Of a stretch of DNA of 64,000 bases, positions 37,834-48,674 are shown one piece after another. Position 1 is the first letter of the stretch, and every line of letters starts with the position of its first letter. The notes below the pieces were generated by a model. It saw only the letters and a program-made list of their open reading frames with translations. It was not told the DNA's origin and made no database searches. The position numbers and the translations under genes were made by a program. The stretch spans positions 17,840-81,839 of the forward strand of contig SUVS01000003.1 in NCBI GenBank assembly GCA_015061885.1, written 5' to 3'. This stretch comes from Lentisphaerota bacterium. Its GTDB lineage: Bacteria > Verrucomicrobiota > Lentisphaeria > Victivallales > Victivallaceae.

Positions 37834-39150
37834 ATGAAAAAATTTTTGAGTTTTTTGACGGCTGCTCTTGTTGCAATACAGCTTTTTGCGGATTATGATC
37901 TTAAAGTAACGTCCACTGCCGGAGATGACGGTATTGTAAAGTGCGGCGAAAAAGTTACGCTTACCGCACAGGCATTCAAAGACGGCAAAGCGTTAGATGA
38001 TTCACTGATTTTACATACAGTTATAAGGCAGGATGGTCAGCCGGTAAGATCGGTCAAAACCCCTGCCGACCAGGCTTTCTCGATCGAAATTACCATGAAT
38101 GAACCTGGCCGGGCATACATCCGTTGCTGGCTGAAAGACCCAAAAAATCCCAAAACCGTTTTGCAGTTCAATAATCCCCGCAACCGTAAGTTTAAACTTA
38201 AATCAAGCGGCATCGGATTTTTTGCCGATCCGGATAAACAGCGGATCATGCGTCAGGAACCGGAAGATTTTGACAAATTCTGGGATGCTAAAAAAGCCGA
38301 ACTTGCCAAAGTACCTTTAGTTGTCAAGGAAAAAGTCGCAGTCAAAACTGCCCCGCAATATGCAAAAGATTTTGAAGTTTACGATATGAAGCTCGCCTGC
38401 GTGGGCCCGGTGCCGGTTTCGGGTATTATAACCATACCCAAAGATAAAACCCGTAAATATCCGGCAATGGTGCAATATCACGGTGCCGGGGTACGCTCGG
38501 CAGCAGCGAATTTCAGACCCGGCTTCATCACATTCAATGTCAATGCTCACGGCCTGATTAACCGCCAGCCCAAAAAGTTTTACGATGATATTACTGAAGA
38601 CAAAACCCGCAACCCCTATTTTCAGAGTGCTGAAAAGCGTTACGAAATGTTCTGCTTCATGTTTTTGCGGGCGTTGCGTGCATTGGAATATGTCCGCACT
38701 TTGAGCGAATGGAACGGTAAAGATCTGGTCGTTACCGGCGGCAGTCAGGGCGGCGTGCAGACTCTGGCGGCGGCGGCTCTGGATGAAAATGTTACGCTGG
38801 CAGTTCCGACGATTCCCGCCATGGTCGGCAGTGCAGAGTTCATGCTCCGCAAAAATGTGGAATCCGCGTGGCCCAATTCTTACAGCAAAGAATTCTACCA
38901 GAAACAGGACGTTACAGCAATCGCCCGGAAATATGACTATATTGACGGAGCATTTTTCATGCGGCGTATAACTTGCCAGATCCATGTTGCTGTGGGGCTT
39001 TTTGACACCCACGCGGCACATGTTTTTGCGGCGTTCAACAGTTGTCCGGCAAAAGTAAAGACCATAACCGGCGTACCGGATATGGGTCATTACAACTACA
39101 ATCCGCAAGGCATCAAAGCGATAGGCAAGCTCGCCAAAACGGGCAAATAA
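37834..39150 (+). CDS. acetylxylan esterase / cephalosporin-C deacetylase family (CE7-like), secreted
   Basis: ATG 37834 (MKKFLSFLTAALVAIQLFA signal). Nucleophile elbow GGSQGG, C-terminal DMGH, and an extra N-terminal Ig-like region. Confidence 0.7.
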   Translation: MKKFLSFLTAALVAIQLFADYDLKVTSTAGDDGIVKCGEKVTLTAQAFKDGKALDDSLILHTVIRQDGQPVRSVKTPADQAFSIEITMNEPGRAYIRCWLKDPKNPKTVLQFNNPRNRKFKLKSSGIGFFADPDKQRIMRQEPEDFDKFWDAKKAELAKVPLVVKEKVAVKTAPQYAKDFEVYDMKLACVGPVPVSGIITIPKDKTRKYPAMVQYHGAGVRSAAANFRPGFITFNVNAHGLINRQPKKFYDDITEDKTRNPYFQSAEKRYEMFCFMFLRALRALEYVRTLSEWNGKDLVVTGGSQGGVQTLAAAALDENVTLAVPTIPAMVGSAEFMLRKNVESAWPNSYSKEFYQKQDVTAIARKYDYIDGAFFMRRITCQIHVAVGLFDTHAAHVFAAFNSCPAKVKTITGVPDMGHYNYNPQGIKAIGKLAKTGK

Positions 39151-39156
39151 AAATAT

Positions 39157-39624
39157 TTACTGCCAGGTGCTGTAAGGATTTTCCACTAAACAGGCGTTGC
39201 GATAACGCTTGTCTCCGGAAACTTCTTCCAGCACCCAATCAGGCATTTCAAAAGGTTCATCCGGCGAATCGAGTTCGATTTCAGCCATTACCAGTCCGGC
39301 GTTTTCGCCGTCAAAAACATCTATTTCCCAGCGATGGGAGCCTACCTGCTGATAATAGCGGGTCTTGCTGATAAATCTGCCGTTGCCGAATTCCGCAAAC
39401 ATGGCATCAAGGTCTTCCGGCGGGATTTCGTATTCAAACTCACTGCGTGATATACCCTTGCTGGCACCCTTTATGGTCAGAAAAGCCTTATCACCCGCCA
39501 AACGCAACCGCAGAGAGAGTTTTTCACTGCGGATAAGATACCCCTGCACAATGCGGATTCCCGCTGACGGCGGCTGCCATTTGGCAGAATCGACCAAAAA
39601 CTTCCGTTCTATTTCACAACCCAT
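39157..39624 (-). CDS. CYTH domain-containing protein (triphosphate tunnel metalloenzyme)
   Basis: Start at ATG 39624 (MGCEIERKFLV, the EXEXK signature). 155 aa. Confidence 0.8.
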   Translation of the reverse strand: MGCEIERKFLVDSAKWQPPSAGIRIVQGYLIRSEKLSLRLRLAGDKAFLTIKGASKGISRSEFEYEIPPEDLDAMFAEFGNGRFISKTRYYQQVGSHRWEIDVFDGENAGLVMAEIELDSPDEPFEMPDWVLEEVSGDKRYRNACLVENPYSTWQ

Positions 39625-39704
39625 AAAAAAACTCCTTTTTTTCCGGGTAAATATACCACCGCAATCGGGCAATGTCAAACAAAGAGTGCTATATTAAATG
39701 CATT

Positions 39705-41615
39705 ATGAGTATTCTTAATAAAATTTCAAAACCCGCTGATTTGCGTGATCTGACCGCAGTTGAACTTGAAGTGCTTGCCGGAGAATTGCGGGAACGCATC
39801 ATTTCAGTATCTGCCGCCAACGGCGGACACCTTGCCCCGAATCTGGGGACGGTGGAGCTGACTGTTGCCATGTTGAGGTGCTTTGATCTGCCGGAAGAAC
39901 GCATTATATGGGATGTCGGACATCAGAGTTATTCATACAAACTGCTGACCGGACGGGCGGAAAAATTTGAAAAACTGCGTCAGTTCAATGGCTGTTGCGG
40001 ATTCCCGGTACGCAACGAAAATGCTTATGAGTGTTACGGTGCCGGACACGCCGGGGTGGCGATTCCGGCGGCATTGGGCATGTGTGCGGCTCAAACGCCC
40101 GATGACCGATGCAAAGTTATAGCAGTTGTCGGCGATGGTGCGATCGCTTCCGGCGTGGCATTGGAAGGCTTGAATCAGGTTCGCACATACGGCAGAAATC
40201 TGGTGATAATACTCAACGACAATAAAATGGCAATATCCACCAATGTGGGAGCTTTATCAAAAGTATTGAACCGCATGATGACCAGTTACCGTTATCGCTG
40301 GATAAAAAACTGCACCAAGACATTGATAAAACTGTTGCCAAAATCGCAAAGCATCATCAATTTCATAAAAAATCTGGAAGATGCCGCCAAACATCTTCTG
40401 CTGCCCAGTGAACCGTTTGAATCGCTGGGGATCCGGTATCTCGGACCGATCAACGGCCACAATATACATGATATGGAACGGGCATTCAGAACCGCCAAAG
40501 CTGACAGCCGTCCGGTAATAATCCATATTATCACCCAAAAAGGCAAGGGGTATGCACCCGCCGAAGCCAATCCGGAACGCTTCCATGGCGTGAGTGCTTT
40601 TGATCCGGCAGACGGTTCACCAAAGCAAAAGTCTGAACCGGGCTTTTCGGCGGCATTCGGCAAAGCCGCCTGTAAACTGGCAGAAAAAAATACCGGTCTT
40701 TCGGCAGTGGTCGCCGCCATGACCGGCGGAGTCGGCTTGAATGAATTTGCAAAAAAATATCCGGAGCGTTTTTACGATGCGGGTATGGCCGAAAGTCATG
40801 CTGTAAGTTTTTCCTCCGGTCTTGCCGCCGCCGGTAAACCGGTGATCTGTGCCATATATGCAACCTTTATCCAGCGGAGTCTGGATAATATTTTCCACGA
40901 TGTATGCCTGATGGATCTGCCGGTAACTTTTGTCCTTGACCGGGCGGGTTTGGTAGAAGACGGTCCCACGCATCACGGCATATACGATCTGGGATTTCTG
41001 CTGGGCATGAAAAATCTGACCATCATGCAGCCGGCATGTGAAGAAGAAGTCGGCTTTATGCTGGAATACGCCGTAAACTCCAACGCTCCCGCCGTTATCC
41101 GGTATCCGCGGGGAAGCAGCGGAGCCGGATGCCGCAACGATATACCATTGATAAAGCCGATAGAAAAACCCGCTTGCTCAGTTTGGAGAAACGGCAGCGA
41201 TCTGGCGATCCACGCGGTCGGGGCTGAAGCGGTCAGAGCGTTGGAAATAGCTGACTTGCTTCAGGAAGAATATCATCTTTCAGTCAAAGTAGTGAATGTA
41301 AGATTTCTGAAACCTTTTGCCGGCGATATATTGCTGGAAGATTTGCAGAACATGCCGGTCTTCACACTCGAAGATCACACCATTGCCACCGGGTTCGGAG
41401 CCATTGCCGCCCGGACGGCATTAAAACTGACAACGCCATACATACTGCAAAGTTTCGGCATAGATAATAATCAAGATGCCGCATTCGGGTCAGTAAATGA
41501 ATTGCGTAAGAGTTTGAATTTGGACAGTAAATATATAGCCGGAGCAATTTTCAAACATATCCAGACAAATAGGATCGGTTTTCTGACACATTTGAACTCA
41601 AAAACAAAGATTTGA
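39705..41615 (+). CDS. dxs: 1-deoxy-D-xylulose-5-phosphate synthase
   Basis: Start at ATG 39705 (MSILNKISKPADLRDL). GGHLAPNLGTVELT, DVGHQSY, the TPP motif GDGA...NDN, and a transketolase-like C-terminus. Confidence 0.92.
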   Translation: MSILNKISKPADLRDLTAVELEVLAGELRERIISVSAANGGHLAPNLGTVELTVAMLRCFDLPEERIIWDVGHQSYSYKLLTGRAEKFEKLRQFNGCCGFPVRNENAYECYGAGHAGVAIPAALGMCAAQTPDDRCKVIAVVGDGAIASGVALEGLNQVRTYGRNLVIILNDNKMAISTNVGALSKVLNRMMTSYRYRWIKNCTKTLIKLLPKSQSIINFIKNLEDAAKHLLLPSEPFESLGIRYLGPINGHNIHDMERAFRTAKADSRPVIIHIITQKGKGYAPAEANPERFHGVSAFDPADGSPKQKSEPGFSAAFGKAACKLAEKNTGLSAVVAAMTGGVGLNEFAKKYPERFYDAGMAESHAVSFSSGLAAAGKPVICAIYATFIQRSLDNIFHDVCLMDLPVTFVLDRAGLVEDGPTHHGIYDLGFLLGMKNLTIMQPACEEEVGFMLEYAVNSNAPAVIRYPRGSSGAGCRNDIPLIKPIEKPACSVWRNGSDLAIHAVGAEAVRALEIADLLQEEYHLSVKVVNVRFLKPFAGDILLEDLQNMPVFTLEDHTIATGFGAIAARTALKLTTPYILQSFGIDNNQDAAFGSVNELRKSLNLDSKYIAGAIFKHIQTNRIGFLTHLNSKTKI

Positions 41616-41731
41616 CCCGGGAGGGGAGTATTTCTATTTCTCAAGCAATACAACGCTCAAACAATGTCAGAAAACACCCCTTTTACAAAATTATGGAATT
41701 GCAGTAAATCGTTTCCACAAATTTCAACCGG

Positions 41732-43087
41732 TCAATTGTTTTTTCTGTCGAACAGCTCATCGGCAAAATTCAAATATTGCTCCCAGTCGTAAGGCGTTAT
41801 GGAGTGCTTGCCCGTCTTTACATGATAGCGTGCCATACAGCCGACCGGAGAGTTTTCCGGCGGCATTTCTTCACACTCCAAACCTTTCAAGCCGTACAGA
41901 TTCCAGATTTTAGAGGCTTCTTTGACCGACAGAAATGTTCCGTAAGGGTCGGCATTCAGGTCTTTACCGGACGATGCCACATAAAGCCCGCGCGGTGCTA
42001 CCAATGCCAGAAGCTGATGCTGATCGAACGGCATAGTGTCTTCGCGGCCGATATATTGCACCATATTGTCGCAGACCCAGTTGGAACGGCATACCCGCAG
42101 AACTTGCAGCATCGAACCGAACTTCCGGCGGTTGAGTTGTGCCCCGCCGCTGCCGGAATTGTTACAGCAGACCATCTTGAACCGCTCATCGTAAACTCCG
42201 GCAAGCAGACTTGCCACCGCCAGACGGCTGTGCCCCACACAGGCAAGTTTGCTGTTATCGGTAACGCCGAGCTTTTCCAAAGCGTCTGCTATCCGGCAAT
42301 ATCCCCATGCCCATGCGACATATCCGCCGATATTGCGGCGGCGTCCGGCAAGGAGTTCGGAAAGCGGGATTTCGCAATCCGGACGCAAATCATCATAAAA
42401 AAGCGTAAAACAGCTTTTGCGGAAGCCATCCAGATTATCCGGAAAGATCTCTCCGTAACAGGCAGTGGCAACGGCATATCCCCGCTTGATTATCATTTCG
42501 TAACTCATTCTGCCGGGCTCCAGTCCGCGGGGCTGACTGCTGGGTAATATTTTATGCCATGAATCCGCCCCGCCTTCCGGGGCCCGGGTGGGTCTTATAT
42601 CCATATCCGGGGCGTAAGCCTGATTGCCTCTGAAGTTCAACTGAACCACGCACGGCGGCGGCTCCGCACTATCTCTGGGCAGATAAAGCAGCAGATCAAA
42701 GTTGAAACTTCTGCCGTTATCCATATTGCAGTAAACCCGGTATTCCCGCCGCAGAGCAATGCCGTTCAAGGCATCAGAGCGTTCAGCAAGCAGTTTGAGT
42801 TCAATTTTATCCGGAGCTGGCGGAAATTCCCCGTACATGCAATCCAGAAAAAGCTGTTTCAAACGGATGCGTTCCTGCTTCCATTCGGTTAATGTATCAG
42901 GCAATGCGGGCAAAGTATAAGGTGGAACCTTGCTTTCGTCAAAGTTCATCAAACGCCGATATTCTTCCTGCCAGAAATTAAGTCCACGCTCATGAGCCAA
43001 ACAGAGTTCATAATTATCAGGAATACGCGGAGCATCTTCGTTTATAATGAAATCGGGTTTGACATAACCGGAACCGTTTTTAGACAT
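41732..43087 (-). CDS. alpha/beta hydrolase, glucuronoyl esterase (CE15)-like
   Basis: ATG 43087 is preferred over the TTG at 43126. The nucleophile context VGHSRLAVASL resembles the bacterial CE15 GHSRLGK motif. No signal peptide. Function tentative. Confidence 0.5.
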   Translation of the reverse strand: MSKNGSGYVKPDFIINEDAPRIPDNYELCLAHERGLNFWQEEYRRLMNFDESKVPPYTLPALPDTLTEWKQERIRLKQLFLDCMYGEFPPAPDKIELKLLAERSDALNGIALRREYRVYCNMDNGRSFNFDLLLYLPRDSAEPPPCVVQLNFRGNQAYAPDMDIRPTRAPEGGADSWHKILPSSQPRGLEPGRMSYEMIIKRGYAVATACYGEIFPDNLDGFRKSCFTLFYDDLRPDCEIPLSELLAGRRRNIGGYVAWAWGYCRIADALEKLGVTDNSKLACVGHSRLAVASLLAGVYDERFKMVCCNNSGSGGAQLNRRKFGSMLQVLRVCRSNWVCDNMVQYIGREDTMPFDQHQLLALVAPRGLYVASSGKDLNADPYGTFLSVKEASKIWNLYGLKGLECEEMPPENSPVGCMARYHVKTGKHSITPYDWEQYLNFADELFDRKNN

Positions 43088-43150
43088 ACAATAAAAACCT
43101 TTCTCTTTAAATCTTATATTTGACAAAATTCAGAACAATATCAGCCAATT

Positions 43151-43753
43151 CTATTTTTGCGGCAAGAGCGTATTTAAATACAATGTCAGATGTTTCCAAT
43201 ACTCCGGCTTACACTCCGGCAGAGCCGCACCTTCCAAGCCGGCTTCAATAACAGCATCAAAGAAAGTGCTTACTTTCTCATCTTCAAACTCCGGCAGCAG
43301 ACCGTTTTCCTGCAAACAGGCAAGTTTTATTACCGCTCCGCAAGCCTCCGGACTCCACAAAGCCGAACCATTTGCGGCGTTAAGAGCCAGATTGCCCAAC
43401 ACATGACGCAGTGTATCATACACTATTGCCATAGGCAGCTCCGGAGCCGAATTTTTCAGCACAAAGTCGGCGATCTTACCGCTTAATTTATAAATATCCA
43501 ACCGGTCAGCGACAGGAGCGAACGAGGTTATCAATTCTGCATCAACGAGTTTGGATGGGCCATTTTCGGAAAACTCAAAGCCGATTTCCAATTCGTTGAA
43601 ACAATCCAGCACCGGAAATTTTTTGCCCGAAACACTTTGAGCCCCGTAGCAGACCAATTCCATTTTGCCCCAATCCGGGCTGACGGCACTTGCCATAATG
43701 TCAGCTTCCCGGAACAGGGTCTTTTTCAGAATTATTACCGTTGTGCGTTCCAT
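43151..43753 (-). CDS. recO: DNA repair protein RecO (short form)
   Basis: 200 aa. The N-terminal OB-fold pattern (VIILKKTLFREADIM) and overall layout are RecO-like. No zinc-finger motif seen. Confidence 0.5.
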   Translation of the reverse strand: MERTTVIILKKTLFREADIMASAVSPDWGKMELVCYGAQSVSGKKFPVLDCFNELEIGFEFSENGPSKLVDAELITSFAPVADRLDIYKLSGKIADFVLKNSAPELPMAIVYDTLRHVLGNLALNAANGSALWSPEACGAVIKLACLQENGLLPEFEDEKVSTFFDAVIEAGLEGAALPECKPEYWKHLTLYLNTLLPQK

Positions 43754-43756
43754 AGT

Positions 43757-46261
43757 TTACTCCGATTTTTCCGCACTGTTGGAATTATTCTGAAGCTCGT
43801 TCAACGCCTTGATATAAAGTGTCCGGAACCGGTCAAAAACCGCCTCGCGGGCATCGGGAGGCACTTGTCCGACTGCTACAAAACGGCGTAAAAACTCATC
43901 CAGTTCAGCAATCGTCAAGCGGTAATCGCTGCCGCCGAAGTTGCCGGTAATAGCAGTTTGCAGTTCCGAAGCCAGATCGCCGCCGCCGGAGATGATCCGG
44001 CATTCCCGCAACCGTTCTTCCAGTTCGCCGCAAACTTTCAGGCGTCTGCCCAGACGGTCAATGAGTTTGTCATTATCATCGCCGGGGTCGATGACCGCTT
44101 CCAACTGCATGGCACTTTCGAGCTGATACATAGCCTCTTTGTGATGCAGATTGCAAAGTTCGGCCTGCAACTTGTCATATACCGCTTCGTACCGCCGGAC
44201 AACATCTTTTGCCGGGCGGATACTCTGTGCCTCCCAGCGTTCCTGAATTCTCTGCAAATCCGACTCCACATCTTTTACCGGCACATTGCCGCTTTCCGCC
44301 CGGGCAAGCACCTCCGCCAGAGCCGTGCAGATGATCTCGGATTGCCGCCGGGCTTCGTCGCCGGCTTCCCGGTGAGAAGCAAAGATATTTTCGATCGCCC
44401 GGTTGAACCGGGTATATAATATGCGGTCATCCTTACCGGCTGAAGGCACATTACGCCATGCTTCACGCAAGGCGGCGATCTCTTCTTTGGCTTGAGCAAA
44501 AGGTTTGCCTTCCAGATTTTCAGCAGCATCGCACAACTCTTTCTTGCGATTGGCGGCGGCAAGAAAGGACTTTTTGCGTTCTTCCCAGACGGCATTGCGG
44601 CGGACGAAAAACGAATCGCATGCCCGATGGAATTTTTCAAAAAGCTCCCGGTCGGCATTGGCTCCGGCAGAACCGGCACTTTTCCACAGATTCTGCAACT
44701 CTTTGAGCCGGGCGGAAGTTTCGCTCCAATCATCGGAGCCGGAAAGGTTTTCCGCCTCTTGCAAAAGAGCTTCTTTAGTGGCAAGAGCCTCTTTCTGCTG
44801 TGCCTCGTGCCGGGCAAAAAATGCGTCCAAACGCTCCTGAATGGCACTGCATACATTGTGGTAACGGTCGCGTAATTCTTCAAATTTCTCGTTGGGGACA
44901 GCCCCGACCGCGTTCCAGCGTTCACGCAGAGAACGGAATTTTTTTGCCAGCTCAAAAAGATTTTCGTCCGGCGTAACTGAAAGTTTTTCCAGCTCGGCAC
45001 ACAAATCAAGTTTCAGTGTATAGTGTTCCCAGCGGGCAATATCACGGGCCTGTGCCACAGCTCTGGCCCGGCGGGAGAGTTGCCGTTCGGCTTCCAATAT
45101 CCGCTCGCGCAATTCAGCAAAAGCGGTCGGAACTTCATCAATATCGGCAAGACTTTCTTCCAGCAAAGTCAAAAGTTCACGGCGGGTCTCCTGCGGTGGA
45201 ATCTCTTCAGCTTCAAGAAATTGCTGATAACTTGCAAAAACTTTTTCAGCAGTATGGACAGCTTTGTTATACGCCTGCTGAACGGCATCGGCATGTGCCA
45301 GTAATTTTTCAGCGAGCAAGTTAAATTCCCGGGCATATTCAGCGGCACCCCGTGATTTATCCAGTTCAAAGCGTTTCCAGCTTTCGCAAGTCTGCCGGAT
45401 AAGTTTCCAGTTGCCGGAATTTTCCAGCCTTTTGAGCTGATTCAACAGTTCTCCGGCGACTTCATGTTCACGCAGTTCTTTTTCTCTATCCGCAAGCTGC
45501 TGCTGTCTGACCCTGGCAAAACGGTATTTGGCTGCCATAAACCGGGTTTTGAGGCTCTCATCCACCTGCGGTATGCTACGGAACTGCATACAGAGATTTT
45601 CAAATTCCTCCGCATCGCCGCGATCGGCGGCAGCTTCGATCGCCCCGACCAGAGCATTAACTGCGATCATGGCTTCCTGCTGTGCCTGCCGCTGACGCAA
45701 CCCGGCGGCGATCGCCTCGCGTAATGCCGGACTTTTGGCTGAATTTAAAAGATACATCGCCACCGGCGAATCCGGCGAAGGCATGTTACGCTGATAAAGC
45801 TCCAATGCCAGACGGTCATCTTCCAGTTTACTCAAAAACTGCTGCCACAAATCCGGAACCGCTGTAAGTCTGGCTCCAGCAGAAAGCACCAGATGCGGCG
45901 AGTTGGAAAGCAACGCAACTTTTATAAGCGTGTTCAGATTTTCAATGCGGTCAAAAGCATCACATTCGCGGTCTTCGGCACACGCCTGTAACGCCTGTTC
46001 ACCGTAAAGCTGATCTATCCGGTCAGCGATCAGAGCCAACACCTGCGGATCAGCTTCCCGATGCTGCAAAGATAAAAGTATTTCCGGGTCGGCAAACCGG
46101 TTGACAGCCGCGGCACGCACCGCCGCATCACGGTCGGCGGCGGCAAGTTCACGCAGTATCGCCAGATCGCTGATCGCATCCAGAGCGGAAACCGCCTCTA
46201 TTCTGACCCGGGCATTATTGCTGGCAAGTTTGCGTTTGATCAATATTCTTTCAAACCACAT
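43757..46261 (-). CDS. DUF349 repeat protein with N-terminal HEAT-like repeats
   Basis: Start at ATG 46261 (MWFERIL). Repeated about 70-aa helical units contain W......G......L..RF..A.D.FF (for example LFEKFHRACDSFFVRR and LYTRFNRAIENIFASH). Confidence 0.7.
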   Translation of the reverse strand: MWFERILIKRKLASNNARVRIEAVSALDAISDLAILRELAAADRDAAVRAAAVNRFADPEILLSLQHREADPQVLALIADRIDQLYGEQALQACAEDRECDAFDRIENLNTLIKVALLSNSPHLVLSAGARLTAVPDLWQQFLSKLEDDRLALELYQRNMPSPDSPVAMYLLNSAKSPALREAIAAGLRQRQAQQEAMIAVNALVGAIEAAADRGDAEEFENLCMQFRSIPQVDESLKTRFMAAKYRFARVRQQQLADREKELREHEVAGELLNQLKRLENSGNWKLIRQTCESWKRFELDKSRGAAEYAREFNLLAEKLLAHADAVQQAYNKAVHTAEKVFASYQQFLEAEEIPPQETRRELLTLLEESLADIDEVPTAFAELRERILEAERQLSRRARAVAQARDIARWEHYTLKLDLCAELEKLSVTPDENLFELAKKFRSLRERWNAVGAVPNEKFEELRDRYHNVCSAIQERLDAFFARHEAQQKEALATKEALLQEAENLSGSDDWSETSARLKELQNLWKSAGSAGANADRELFEKFHRACDSFFVRRNAVWEERKKSFLAAANRKKELCDAAENLEGKPFAQAKEEIAALREAWRNVPSAGKDDRILYTRFNRAIENIFASHREAGDEARRQSEIICTALAEVLARAESGNVPVKDVESDLQRIQERWEAQSIRPAKDVVRRYEAVYDKLQAELCNLHHKEAMYQLESAMQLEAVIDPGDDNDKLIDRLGRRLKVCGELEERLRECRIISGGGDLASELQTAITGNFGGSDYRLTIAELDEFLRRFVAVGQVPPDAREAVFDRFRTLYIKALNELQNNSNSAEKSE

Positions 46262-46483
46262 ATTATCCTGAATTCTCCATAAGTGTTCATAAATACAGTA
46301 ATTGATATTATACACTGTAAAAGCATTTCTGCAAATCCAAAAACTCTCTTAATCCAGCCATTTTTCAGTAAAATCACAATTTTTTACCGCTGCGATTTGC
46401 AATATAACAAAAAAGAGTTATCTTTTCACCTGACAAAAATGATTATCAAATGTCTTATTATATAACAAAAACAGGAGGTTTAT

Positions 46484-48352
46484 ATGGCAGAAACCATGCA
46501 ATTCAAAGCCGAAGTCAAGCAGTTGCTTGATCTGGTTATCAATTCTCTTTACAGCAATCCGGATATTTTTTTACGCGAACTTATCGCCAACGCCGCCGAT
46601 GCCATCGACAAGGCCCGCTTTGCGGCACTGACCGACGACAAACTTGTGCGTGACTGGCAGATACGCCTTGCCATAAACAAAGAAAACCGCACCTTGAGCA
46701 TCAGCGATAACGGTGTGGGTATGACCGCCGACGAAGTCAAAGAAAATATCGGTACCATTGCCAAATCCGGAACTAAAGCATTTCTGGAAAATCTGAAGAC
46801 CGCTCAAGCTCAAGGTACGCCGGAACTTATCGGGCAGTTCGGGGTGGGCTTTTACGCCGCCTTTATGGTGGCAGACAATGTAACCATCGAAACCAAACGC
46901 TCCAACTCCGACGCCCCCGCCGTCCGCTGGAGCTCCAACGGCAATGAAGAATACACCATCGAAGAGTGCAACCGCACCGAAAGCGGTACCACCGTAACAC
47001 TGCACATCAAGGGCGATAAAGATATTTATCTGGAAAACTGGAAGATCTCCGAAATCGTCCACAAGTATTCCGACTTCATCGAATACCCCATTATCCTGCC
47101 CTTTGTCAAAACCAACGAAGACAAAACCACCAGCATCGAAGACCGCACGCTCAACAGCCAGAAAGCCATCTGGCTGCGTCCGGCATCGGAAGTTACCGAA
47201 GAAGAACACAACAGTTTCTTCGCCCACCTCGCTCACGGCGGCAAACCGCTCAAGCACATCAATATCAATGCCGAAGGCACCAACGAATTCAAGGCTTTGA
47301 TCTATATACCCGAAGAAACCCCGTTCAACCTTTTTATGCCCGATATGCAGAAAAAAGGGTTACAGCTTTATGTGAAACGCGTATTCATTACCGATAACTG
47401 CGAAGCATTGGTGCCGGATTATCTGCGTTTTCTGCGTGGGGTGGTCGATTCCAGCGATTTGCCGCTGAATGTATCGCGTGAAATTCTGCAGGAAAATCCG
47501 CTGCTCGGCAGTATCAAACGGGCGATCACCGGCAAAGTGCTGGGCGAATTCAAAAAGATGCTGGAACGCGATGCTGACCAGTACAAAAAATTCTTTAAGG
47601 AATTCGGCAAGATCCTCAAAGAAGGTATCCACATTGACCCGGCAAATCAGGAAAAAATCAAAGACCTGGTGATGTTTGAAACCATGAACGGTCAGCCCGG
47701 CGAACTTGTTACCCTCAAAGAGTATATCAACGCCATGCCTGCCGAACAGGAACACATCTACTACATCATTGCCGAAAGCCGTCAGCTTGCCCTCGCCAGT
47801 CCGGCATTGGAAATCTTCCGCAGCAAGGGTTTTGATGTACTTTTAATGACCGATCCAGTGGATGAATTCATCATGCAGAACTTTATGCAGTACGATAAAA
47901 AGTACCTCAAGAGTGCCAACAAAGGCGAGCTGGAAATCGAAAAAGACCCCGATGCCGAAGAAAAGGCTCTGGAAGAAGCCACCAAAAAGTATCAGAAACT
48001 GCTGGACTACATCTTCGACAAAATGCAGGACAAACTTTCCGCAGTACGCCTGACCCGCCGTCTGACCGACAGTACCTGCTGTTTGGTCGGCGAAAGCAAC
48101 AGTATCAGTCCCCAGCTGGAAAGATTGCTCAAAGCCATGCACCAACCCGCCCCGGAAAGCAAACGGGTGCTGGAACTCAACCCCAATCACCCCGTAGTGG
48201 AAAAGATGCTTGCGTTGTGCGAAGCAGATACCAACAGCGAACAGCTTGCCCAATACACCGATATACTTTACGGCGAAGCATTGCTGACCGAAGGCAGTCC
48301 CCTGCCCGACCCGCTGGCATTCGTAAAAAGCGTATCAGCATTGATGAAGTAA
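46484..48352 (+). CDS. htpG: molecular chaperone HtpG (Hsp90)
   Basis: 622 aa. F.AEVKQLLDLVINSLYSN.DIFLRELI.NA.DA and GQFGVGFYAAFMVAD. AGGAGG SD upstream. Confidence 0.95.
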   Translation: MAETMQFKAEVKQLLDLVINSLYSNPDIFLRELIANAADAIDKARFAALTDDKLVRDWQIRLAINKENRTLSISDNGVGMTADEVKENIGTIAKSGTKAFLENLKTAQAQGTPELIGQFGVGFYAAFMVADNVTIETKRSNSDAPAVRWSSNGNEEYTIEECNRTESGTTVTLHIKGDKDIYLENWKISEIVHKYSDFIEYPIILPFVKTNEDKTTSIEDRTLNSQKAIWLRPASEVTEEEHNSFFAHLAHGGKPLKHININAEGTNEFKALIYIPEETPFNLFMPDMQKKGLQLYVKRVFITDNCEALVPDYLRFLRGVVDSSDLPLNVSREILQENPLLGSIKRAITGKVLGEFKKMLERDADQYKKFFKEFGKILKEGIHIDPANQEKIKDLVMFETMNGQPGELVTLKEYINAMPAEQEHIYYIIAESRQLALASPALEIFRSKGFDVLLMTDPVDEFIMQNFMQYDKKYLKSANKGELEIEKDPDAEEKALEEATKKYQKLLDYIFDKMQDKLSAVRLTRRLTDSTCCLVGESNSISPQLERLLKAMHQPAPESKRVLELNPNHPVVEKMLALCEADTNSEQLAQYTDILYGEALLTEGSPLPDPLAFVKSVSALMK

Positions 48353-48404
48353 GTATTTAACTGAAATTGCTGTTGGCGGGCAAATGAGGTTGCAGGAGGT
48401 ATTC

Positions 48405-48440
48405 GCTGTACGACACCATACCGTGTGCCTCATTCGCCGC
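48405..48440 (+). repeat. 36-nt direct repeat, copy 1
   Basis: GCTGTACGACACCATACCGTGTGCCTCATTCGCCGC. 34/36 identical to the copy at 48611-48646. Its 3' end can pair with the upstream GCGGGCAAATGAGG. Confidence 0.85.
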
Positions 48441-48610
48441 ATACGCGGGCTGTATTATAGATGGCGGCGTGGGAAATTTTGAGAAGGTTTGGGAAATTTT
48501 GGGAGTAGAATCCTTGCCGCCCTATGCTGTTGGCAAGCTATACACTGCGTGTTGCTTGCCGCCTTGCCACGCCGGAGTGAAACGAAGGCAGAAGCGGCAC
48601 ACAGGCGTTT

Positions 48611-48646
48611 GCTGTACGACACAATACAGTGTGCCTCATTCGCCGC
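48611..48646 (+). repeat. 36-nt direct repeat, copy 2
   Basis: GCTGTACGACACAATACAGTGTGCCTCATTCGCCGC. It is embedded in a long stem formed by GGCAGAAGCGGCACAC (48587-48602) and GTGTGCC..CGCCGCTTCTGCC (48629-48653). Confidence 0.85.
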
Positions 48647-48651
48647 TTCTG

Positions 48652-48674
48652 CCGGCAGTAATTATAACTGCCGG
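48652..48674. terminator. hairpin between convergent htpG and the ceramidase-like operon
   Basis: CCGGCAGT-AATTATA-ACTGCCGG, 9 nt from the stop at 48683. No clean U-tract on either strand. Confidence 0.35.
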